In this document: one piece after another, positions 53,808 through 64,000 of the stretch
Layout of the letters: every line of letters begins with the position of its first letter
Position numbering within the stretch: position 1 is the stretch's first letter
Source: Eledone cirrhosa
Lineage: Eukaryota
Reading direction: 5' to 3'
Length of the DNA stretch: 64,000 nucleotides
Assembly: GCA_964016885.1 (NCBI GenBank)
Contig: OZ024752.1
Span: 24,924,001 to 24,988,000 of the forward strand
The notes under the pieces: model-generated
What the model was told of the DNA's origin: nothing
Seen by the model: the letters and a program-made list of their open reading frames with translations, nothing else
The model's database searches: none
Program-made: the position numbers and the translations under genes

Positions 53808-53849
53808 CGTATATATATATATGCATATATATATATATATATGTATATA

Positions 53850-54080
53850 CAGGGTGTGGCGATATTTGTTCGCAATTTTCAACTGCTAATATTATGAATT
53901 TTTTTTTTACTTCCGTTGTCACTCTTGTCTTCATAAAAACACTGACTATATTTCCATTATTTATTTTCAGAATAATTGATTATGAATAATTTTGAACCTC
54001 CAAATTTGCGGAAGAGACACGGAATTCTTCTTGGAATCTGCACCGGGAGGACAAATAAGGACCAGAAGATCAACTCCCAG
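53850..54080 (+). mobile_element. Possible Tc1/mariner left-end remnant
   Basis: TA|CAGGGTG terminus after a TA tract; no right TIR seen. Confidence 0.35.
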
Positions 54081-54085
54081 AACAA

Positions 54086-56234
54086 CATCAGCATCATCAT
54101 CATTTTACGTCCGCTCTTCCCTGCTTGCAAGGGTAGGACGGGTCTTATTCAGCACAGCATCTCTCCACTTGTCACGGTCCTGCGTCATCTCCACCGTGAG
54201 CTTCAGCGATCTGAGGTCTGTTCTCACCACCTCCGTCATGTTTTTCGTGGTCTACTTCTACCATGTCTTCCTTCAACTGGCATTTCCTGGCACTTCTTTA
54301 CCCATCGGTCATCCTCCATGTGCATCACATGTCCATACCACCTCAGTCTCCTCTCCCGTACACTACATTCTATCCCTCTCAGACACAGTTTCTCTCTCAA
54401 CACATTCATGCTGGGTCGTTCACGCAGATTGACACTGCACATCCAATGGAGCATGCTTGCCTCATTTCTCTTCAGCCGTCGCATATCCTCTGTAGTTGCT
54501 GCCCATGTCTTACTACCATGCAACATCGCGCTGCTCACACAAGCATCATATAACCGGCCTTTCGTATGCAGGGAGAAACCCTTCTTCGTCAGCAGAGGAA
54601 GCAGATCCATAAACTTCTTCCAACCCGTCCTTATTCTAGATACTATGGCCTCGGAACACCCCCTCCCATGCTAATCTGATCTCCTAGGTACCGGAAGCTA
54701 TCCACCACTTCTATAGCACCCGCCTGCATTAGAAGTGTCTATCAATGCGACTTCTACTGTCTAATTTCCCTTTACATCTACTACATACATATTTCTCCCT
54801 ACCTGTTAGTTTGCCTGCTATCCCACTACATCTCTTGTGTACCCAGGATCTGCATTGTGTGCATTTTATAGAATTTATGCCAGTTCTTTTTCTGCATATC
54901 GAACATGGCCATTTCCCTGACGGAATCAGAGTTTTGTCCTCTTTTCTACTCATCAACATTTTTGTCTTAACTAGGTTCACTCTCAGTCCTCTTGCTTCCA
55001 ACTGCTGTTTCCATAGCCAGAATTTATTCTCTAGCTCCTCTACTGTTTCTGCTATAAGAACCAGATCGTCAGCATAGAGAAGTTCCCATGGAGAGCCAGT
55101 CTTAAACTCTTCTGTTATGGCTTGGAGGACATAGAGATGAACAAGAGCGGACTGAGGACCGAACCTTGATGTACTCCTACTTGTATCTGGAATTCCTCAC
55201 TAAACTCCATTCCTACCCTGACTTTACTGACAGTACCTCTGTACAAAGTTTGCATTGTCCTCACAAGCCATTCCTCAACACCTAGTTTCCTTAGGGAGCA
55301 CCAGATGACAGATCGGGGTAACCTATCAAAGGCTTTCTCTAGGTCAACAAAGGCTATGTATAGTGGCTTATTTTTCTCTAAGAACCTCTCTTGTAATTGT
55401 CTCACCAAGAAGAGGGCATCTGTTGTACTCTTATCAGACACAAAACCAAACTGCATCTCATCTAGTTTGACCCTTTCTCTAATTAGTTGTGCTAATAACC
55501 TTTCTGACACTTTCATAACCTGATCCATCAGTTTTATACCCCTATAATTGCTCCACTCCAAAGTATCCCCTTTACCTTTGTAGCAATTTATGGGTATGAC
55601 ACCACCATATACAGCCTGATTGACGATGCGTGCAACCAGCTTAGTGCCTATGTCCCCTGATGCCTTCAGCATCTCAGCAACTATTCCCGATGGTCCAGCA
55701 GCCTTACCATTTTTCATTTCATTAATCGCCTCTCGGACCCTATATTCGTCAATCTCAATAGCTGGTCCCTGTGTCGGATCTACTGAGGGTAATTTCTCTC
55801 TTTCCCATTCATTCTCCACATTCATCAGTCTCTCATAATGACATTTCCAGGCCTCCTTTTTCTGATTATTCGTGACACTAAGTACACCGGTATCATTCCG
55901 GACACATTTATCTCCAACAACATCCTGATTTGCATTGACACACTGCTTTGCAATGTGGAACACCGCACGCCTCTGATCTTCCCGTTGCAGAACATTGGCA
56001 AACCTCCTACTCTCAGCCTCCCGGCGTGCTAAGTACACCTGACGTCTAGCTTCTCTCTTAGTGGCTGTATATTCTTCCCTACTCGCACCCTTTTTCAAAG
56101 CCTTCCATGCTAGTCTTTTGTCTCTAATGGCCTTATCTACTGTGCTGTTCCACCGCCAGGTCACTCTCTGTCTGGTTGGAGCTCTGCTCCAGCTAAAAGT
56201 TTCATCTGTAGCCTGCAGTAAGTTGTCACGTAAG

Positions 56235-56236
<2 letters not shown>
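54086..56236 (-). mobile_element. RTE LINE, 5'-truncated at (TA)n
   Basis: ORFs 55115-56314, 54729-55001 and 54236-54610; degenerate (GAT)n tail. Confidence 0.92.
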
Positions 56237-56270
<34 letters not shown>

Positions 56271-56532
56271 TGGATTATACCATCAATTTCCGCGGGTCCG
56301 GGTGAATATGTCATTTATTTTGTCTGTCCCGTTTAGCTTGACTCGTTTATTTTGCTTAGGTGGTTAATGGCTTCTTGACTGCCTTCTCAGTTTGTATGGC
56401 CTTTATAACCTATTTTTATTGCTCTGGTCTCTTTAGCCCATGGAGCGCTTGCCAGCACAACTCGGAATTTGCGTTGTGTTTCGCTTTATCTACCCGCCGA
56501 AATGAGATTCTTGCTGAATTTATATATATATA

Positions 56533-57719
56533 TGTAATGACCTACATTCCGAGGGTTCATGGATACATTCTCCGGCCGTAGTTTGGCTCAGTTCAGCCAA
56601 TCGCTACTAGCGAAGGAAAATGTATCCCACTAGGAAAACAACAAATGGAACTGGACTTGTCAGCATTTCCACCATTTCTCTTATGGATTCGCCAGAATTA
56701 TGGAATTACCGCTTCAACTACTATCCACCTACAGATTCAACTTGCTTTTTTTATTTTCAAAGCTACTAGCCATATTTCCTGGCTTCTTAGCCCTTCCGGC
56801 AATTCATTTGGGAGGCCGACAATTTCTCGCCTACCCATCATCTTCTTGCCAGCTCTGCTTCAACATTTACCATAACAACTCCAACTATACAGCTCTGGTA
56901 TAACATTTACCATAACAGCTCCGGTATAACACTTACCATAACAGCTATACAGCTCTGGTAACATATGAACAGCACCAGCATTGACAACAGCTACTGGTAA
57001 ACTACCATAGCAGCTTCCTCCACAGCTCTGGTACAACACTTACCATAACAGCTAACATTTAATGCAAGAACAGCAGCTTTTCCCATGTCAGACTTTATCC
57101 ATTTTCTGTTAGACCCTGGGTGGCCACGAATAAATAGCAAAACAGCTAGTCATTTGACACAGCGGCTCAACACGGCCCTTAGCGCCCCATTTTCTTCTTG
57201 CATGCATTCTTTTGTTCAATTTTTTCATTGATGTGCTCTCTTTCAGCATTTTTCCTGCTGATTCAATCTTATATATCGTCTTGCAGAGACTAAATAGGGG
57301 GTATTGTAGTGACCTACATCCCGAGGGCTCATGGATACATTCTCCATGCGTTGTTTGGCTCAGTTCAGCCAATCACTACCAGCGTAGGAAAATGTATCTC
57401 GACTTCCGCACAGAGGGAAAAATTACAGCGGCAATTCAAAACTCTCTCTCTTGCAGTTCGACACCGTGAAGGTAAAGATCTCTTGCTTTCGTTCCTCAAG
57501 CATAGACAATATGTAGCAACAGATATCACTACGGTACTGGCTAAAGCCTCAGCCAGTTGACCGTATCTTCTTAAACTCTTAATTAATAATTTCTCTTGGC
57601 ATGCCATTTAAACCTTTATAAACTTTTTATTGATAACATTAACTATCCTCTCAAGAGACATTCTTCTAACCTTTGTAATATGTAAATAAATTATATATAA
57701 ACAATTATAAAGTCGTACA
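56533..57719 (+). mobile_element. Deleted LTR retrotransposon remnant
   Basis: ~95-bp direct repeats starting TGTA at 56533 and 57305; PPT-like AAATAGGGGGTAT before the second; right end uncertain (57533 or 57719). Confidence 0.55.
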
Positions 57720-58899
57720 ATGTTATTTTCCACAACATTGCTTTTAACATCTTCAATGGTGACTTCCGTAATACAATACACAAATACACACATTCTCAAC
57801 ACAAACATCTACTAAACGTAAGAGTTTAAAGAAAGGAAAGTCTGTAATGGATAATTTCACTGCTATTTCTAACAGTCAGAGAGACTACCTAGATATATAA
57901 TTGATATTTTACTGAGTGATACCTTTTGATTTACTATCGATTAAATACGATTGGAACTGTCTGAATGTATTAAATTATATCAGGGACTTTTAACGAATGA
58001 CATCGGTAAGGGAGTTAAATCATTTCCAACAACACCGAGTACCTGTTGTCTTCATTATAACTTTAATTAATCTAATTATATCTTGTGTTCTATATATATC
58101 TATATACGCAATTTTAATTCCCCGATTTTAATTACACTGTCATATCTATTCTTACTTTACAATTGTGTCTACTAAGAGTTCCATTACAATCTGTAGTAGT
58201 AAAACTAGTATTTCACCAGAACATCTACTATCAGTCATTTATAGACAATATATATATTTTAAACCACATATCAATCTAATATATATATATATATTTCCTA
58301 TCAAATCTGTTACTAAAGACATAAAGTCAGCCTCACTACTTCATTCTGACAAGATATCAATTTATGACTAAAGATGAAGAAGATACACCAACGTTAATGT
58401 CGTGAAATAAAGCTGATAACATCTTTGAAACTTCTAATTTGATAACAAAGAGATTATTTCTTTGGTTGTTTAGTAAAAACTAACAACACAACATATTGAT
58501 TATATCTGAAGGAGGTAAGTTGACAAAGGTTTACTTAATGTCTATATTAATGTGTGTAAATAATATAACTATGTGAACCCTACAACGATCCAGTAATTAA
58601 CCAGATTCCACTGTTACATGTGATATAAAATATATTGTTAAGATGACTGCCTTTATTATTTAAAATACCTCCGTCTATTTAATTATCTTGTTCACTACCT
58701 TACATTATAAAATATAGTTTATATTTAGCTGTACCTTGTTATTGCTTTAAGTAAATTAAAGATATATTTATTATTTAATTATGTGGTTCACTACCTTATA
58801 TTATAAAATATATTTTATATTTAGCTGTACCTTGTTGTTTCATGGAAGTTTTGTTCATGTTAGTCTAAATCTATCTTGATTTAATTTACTTCATCTACA

Positions 58900-60750
58900 T
58901 CATCGTAGTTTTACGTCCGTTTTTCAATTCTGGCATGGGTTGGATGGGTCCTTTTAAGCACAACATCTCCCCACACGCTTGTTCCTTCGTTATCTCCTCT
59001 GTGAGTCTCAGCAATTTGAGATCAGCTCTCACCACATCTACCTCTAGTATGGATTCCCTCTTCTGGTATTCCGTGGCAGTTCTTTAACCAGTGATCACCA
59101 TCCATGGATATCACATATCCATACCAAAGCAGTCTTCTTCTTGCACACCATTCGGTTTCCTCTGAAGTCCAATTTCTTCCTCAATTTATCCAAGTTCTGC
59201 CTTCCTCTCACATTTACGTTGCACATTCAACGAAGCATGTTCGCTCCATTTCTCTCCACCTAGATAGCGGAAGCTATCATTGTGTACAGTTTATGCCTAC
59301 TCCTTTCCTACATATGCAGTAGGGTCATTTATTCTTTACTTCTTTTATGGAGTTAGCTATAAGGACCAGATCATTCACATAGACTGTTTCCCGTGAAAAA
59401 ACCCAGTCCTAAACTCATTGGAGAACTATGATAAACAGCAATGGGTTGTGAACTGAACCTTGATGAACACTTACCTGTACATACAATTCCTCATTAAACT
59501 CCCTTCCTACTCTCACTTTTCTGACAGCTCCTCTGTACATGGCTTGCACTGCTCTCACAAGCTATTCTCCACCTAAATTTCTGAAGGACCACCAGATAAC
59601 AGAGTGAGGTACTCTGTCAAAGGCCTTTTATAGATCTACAAAACTAGGAACTTCTCTTGCGGTTGTGTCACTAACAAGTTTCATCAGTAATTCCAAAGAA
59701 TGTCAATTATATGTGTATGTGTGTGTGATGAACAATGAACATAAAACAAAAGACTACTTTGAGGAGAAGAATATGGAAGTTGAAGGACCCCACAGCCAGT
59801 AAGGTAGAGCAATTAGAGACGTACAATATAGAGGAACAGTGGAAATTCTTGAAAGTGAACCTGCTGAAAGCGACGAATGAAATCTGTGGCTGAAGCAGAC
59901 CTATAGGCAGGAGGAGAGTAAGTTGGTGGTGGAACAGTAAGGTGGAGGAGACAATCAAGGCCAAAAAGCCGGCTTGGAAAGTATGGCAGGATGGGGTAGT
60001 AGAGAGCAGTGGCCAGGAGAGAAGCTAGGAAACAAGTGTACCTTGCAAAATGGAAGCAGAGGATAGAAAGTTCAAGCATGTTCTACATCAAGAGGACCAA
60101 AAACGTGAGGTGTTCATGATTGCTACGCAATGTGTCAAGGAAAATCGTGATACTGTTGGGGAGAAGTGAGTCCGTAATGATAATGGTGTACTTGCCCTCA
60201 CTTTTGCTGATAAGAAGATAGCTTGGAAGTGTCACTCGAGAGACTACTAAATGAGGAGAATAAATGGGGAAAAGGTAGTCTGCCCCAAATCGATCCAATA
60301 GAGGGACCAGCAGTGCACGTTAAAGGTAGTAAAGTAAGTAAGGCAATCAAAGATATGAAGACAGCTGGGCCTTCGGAGATAGTTGCTGAGATGTTGAAAG
60401 CATCTGGAATGGTGGGACATACTATGGTCACCCAGATAGTAAACCAAGTAATACAGAATGGGGTCATACCAAAGGACTGGTGTAGCAGCATCATCATTAA
60501 CTGTTACAAGGGTAAAGGGGATGCTCTAGATAGGGGAAACTGTAGAGGCATTAAGTTAGTTGACCAGGTCATGAAAGTGACAGAGAGCGAATTGATCTAG
60601 ATGAAATGCAGTTTGAGTTTGTGTCATGTAAAAGTACCACAGACGCTCTTTTCCTTGTACGACATCTACAGAAGTACCTAGCTAAAAGTAAACCCCTCTA
60701 CTTAGCATTTGTGGACTTGGAGAAAGCCTGTGACAGAGTCCCCCGCGCCA
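58900..60750. mobile_element. Head-to-head RTE fragments of the duplicated block
   Basis: Inverted paralog of 5750-7727. Confidence 0.85.
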
Positions 60751-62845
60751 TTATCCCTCTCAGACCCAGTTTCTCTCTCAACACATCCATTGACATTACA
60801 CATCCAACAGAGCATGCTTGCCTCATTTCTCTCTAGCCATTGCATATCCTCTGCAGTTGCTGCCCATGTCTCACTACCATGCAGCATCACGCTCCTCACA
60901 TGGGCATCATATAACCGGCCTTTCGTACGCAGGGAAAAACCTTTTTCGACAGCAGAGGAAGCAGCTCCCTAAACTTCTTCCAACCCGTCCTTATTCTAGG
61001 TACTATGGCCTCAGAACACCACCCCCCCTTCCATGCTAATCTGATCTCCTAGGGATCGGAAGCTATCCACCACTTCTATAGCACCCGCCCGCAATTGAAG
61101 AATGTGTCTATCACTGCGACTTCTACTGTCTAATTTCCCTGTACATCTACTGCATGCGTATTTCTCCCTACCTGTTAGTTTGCCTGCTATCCAACTACTT
61201 CTCTTGTGTACCCAGGATCTGCATTGTGTGCATTTTATAGAATTTATGCCAGTTCCTTTTCTTCACTAAACTCCATTCCTACCCTCACTTTACTGACAGC
61301 ACCTCTGTACAAATTTTGCACTGTCCTCACAAGCCATTCCTCAACACCTAGTTTCCTTAGGGACAACCAGATGGCAGATCAGGGTACCCTATCAAAGGCC
61401 TTCTCTAGGTCAACGAAGGCTAAGTATAGTGGATTATTCTTCTCTAAGAACCTGTCTTATAATTGTCTCACCAAGAAGAGGGCATCTGTTGTATTTTTCC
61501 CAGGCACAAAACCAAACTGCATCTCATCTAGTTTGACCCTTTCTCTAATTAGTTGTGCTAATATCCTTTCTGCCACTTTCATAACCTGATCCATCAGTTT
61601 TATAGCCATATAATTGCTCCTCTCCAGAGCATGCCCTTTACCTTTGTAGCAATTTATGTGAATACTGCTGCACCAGTCTTTGGGTATGACACCACCATAT
61701 ATAGCCTGATTGATGATGCGTGCAACCAGTTTAGTGCCTACATCCCCTGATGCCTTCAGTATCTCAGCAACTATCCCCGACGGTCCAGCAGCCTTACCAT
61801 TTTTCATTTTCTTTATCGCCTCTTGGACCATATATTCGTGAATCTCAATAGCTGGTCCCTCTGTTGGATCTACTGAGGGTAATTTCTCTCTCTCCCATTC
61901 GTTCTCCCCATTCATCAGTCTCTCATAATGACATTTGCAGGCCTCCTTTTTCTGATCATTCATGACACTAAGTACACCGGCATCATTCCGGACACATTTA
62001 TCTCCAACATTCTCCAACACACTGCCTTGCAATGTGGAACACTGCACGGCTTTGATCTTTCCATCGCAGAACATTGGCAAACCTCCTACTCTCAGCCTCC
62101 CTGCGTGCTAAGTACACCTGACATCTACTTTGTCTCTTAGTAGCTGTATATCCTTCTCTACTCCCACACTTTTTACAAGCTTTCCATGCTAGTCTTTTGC
62201 CTCTAATGGCCTTATCTACTGTGCTGTTCCACCACCAGGTCACTCTCTGTCTGGTTGGAGCTCTGCTCCAGCCACAAGTTTCATCAGTAGCCTGCAGTAA
62301 GTTGTCATGTAAGAAATTCCAGTTATCATCTATGTCATATATCTCTAAATCGTCTTCTTTTTCGTCATACACATCTTAAAGGGCTTTCCTAAATTTGTAT
62401 TTTAGTGAAAGGTGTTTTAGCTTCTATACCTTTCTTTTACACACCTTCCTGTATGTCTCATTCCATCTCTTGCTTACTGAGATATCATAACGTCTAAGCT
62501 ATGCTGTGGGGTACATTCTTCCTCAGGGTATGTCTTGTTATTTTACACCATCTGCCTGTCCCGCTGCCTAACTAGTAAGAAGTCAATATGGCTTATGTGC
62601 TCGCCTGATTTGTAGGTTATTAGGTCGTTGGCAGGTTTCTGGAAGTTAGTGTTGCAAATAGTCAGTGTACTTGCATCACAAAATTCAAGAAGTGTCACTC
62701 CTTCTTCATTTCTTGAGCCGTAACCATGCCCACCATGTACCCCAATGTAACCATTCTGGAGCTGCCCAACATGACCATTGAAGTCCCCTGCTAGCATAAC
62801 GATGTCTCCATCCTCTGTCTTTGCTGTTATTTGTAAAAGTTGCAT
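60751..62845 (-). mobile_element. RTE LINE with internal deletions (endonuclease to RT)
   Basis: AGDFNGHVG...HIDFLL (62543-62935) and [13 protein letters not shown] (61457-62080). Confidence 0.9.
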
Positions 62846-63538
62846 ATATATATATGTATATATATATATGTATATGTGTATGTGTGTGTGTATATATTTA
62901 TATATGTATATGTTAAACCGGTGTTGACATATCACCAGGAGAGAAGATGATAGCTACATTAGAAAGTGCTATCAGAATGAATTTTTCGCTAAACTGTCAT
63001 AGAGCAGACCTCCCAAGAGATAGAAGGATATAATTTACAGAGCTTGCTTGAATACCACTGCTTACATTGGAGAGAATTGCTCTGGACAGGAAAGGTGATA
63101 TCTACAGTTTATCAATATAGAAATATAAAATTTCCACTGTTAAATCTATCTCTGCTTCTAAAGTATTCTGTATTATCTCATACTGTTTCTTTTTCATTTC
63201 AGAATACCAGATGACAGTGGGATAAATTATTATTTTCAATATTGAATACATCACCTCCATTTATCATAATTTTAAGACTAAAACATTTTAAACAGAACTT
63301 ATATAACACTTTTTATATAAATCAATTACTGTGAAATATTTCCTCAGAACTGAGTTTATTTTCATCACTATGAGATGATTTTGTATTTTAACTAAACTTG
63401 GGTGAAACATAAGTTTGTATTATCTTCAGATATTAACTGAAATTACAGTTGAGGGAAATATAGAAGAAATATTTTTAGGAATATAATATAAGAAATCTTT
63501 CATGAAAAACATTTGTATATTCTGTTGAAGAAAATATC

Positions 63539-64000
63539 ATGGAAAATATGTTGACTGAGAAGATTAAATGTGAAACACAATCTAAAGTGTTTAGTATTCC
63601 TGGTGAGATGACAAAGGTTAGAGAAGAGAAGACATATCACTCTGATATCTGTGGTAAATCATTCTCTGTAAGTACTACCTTAACTAGACACAAACGTATA
63701 CATACAGGTGAGAAGCCATATCACTGTGATATCTGTGGTAAATCATTCTCTGTAAGTAGCGACTTAACTAGACACAAACGTATACATACAGGAGAGAGGC
63801 CATATTACTCTGATATATGTGGTAAATCATTCTCTGATGGTAGTACCTTAACTAAACACAAACGTATACACACAGGAGACAAGCCATATCACTGTGATAT
63901 CTGTGGTAAATCATTCTCTTATAGTGGTACCTTAACGTCTCACATACGTACCCATAGAGGTGAGAAGCCATATCACTGTGTTATCTGTGATAAATCATTC
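63539..64000 (+). CDS. C2H2 zinc-finger protein paralog 3, runs off the window end
   Basis: [16 protein letters not shown]...[10 protein letters not shown] repeats; fingers 1 and 3 have C>S; acceptor TTTCATTTCAG at 63202. Confidence 0.8.
   Translation, partial: MENMLTEKIKCETQSKVFSIPGEMTKVREEKTYHSDICGKSFSVSTTLTRHKRIHTGEKPYHCDICGKSFSVSSDLTRHKRIHTGERPYYSDICGKSFSDGSTLTKHKRIHTGDKPYHCDICGKSFSYSGTLTSHIRTHRGEKPYHCVICDKSF

Overview
Eukaryotic, AT-rich, repeat-dense DNA, most likely from an octopus or other coleoid cephalopod (inferred from the [16 protein letters not shown] zinc-finger style, RTE LINEs and abundant (TA)n). The backbone is a tandem cluster of three paralogous C2H2 zinc-finger genes on + (23310, 37462, 63539). 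Each is preceded by a duplicated block with a putative non-coding exon. The rest is transposon debris: many RTE LINE pieces, two Penelope-like element (PLE) families, a Tc1 element, Merlin remnants, SINEs, LTR remnants and a 3-kb 20-bp satellite. The most striking signal is a set of type-I hammerhead ribozyme (HHR) motifs, read by eye, in at least five unrelated sequence contexts. Three sit in ORF-less 430-540 nt units that are terminally redundant or tandemly repeated, as expected for retrozyme-like elements copied from circular RNA. Two of these are fused directly to PLE copies next to (TA)n tracts, suggesting PLE machinery mobilises them. All folds were paired manually and none has been tested computationally or biochemically.
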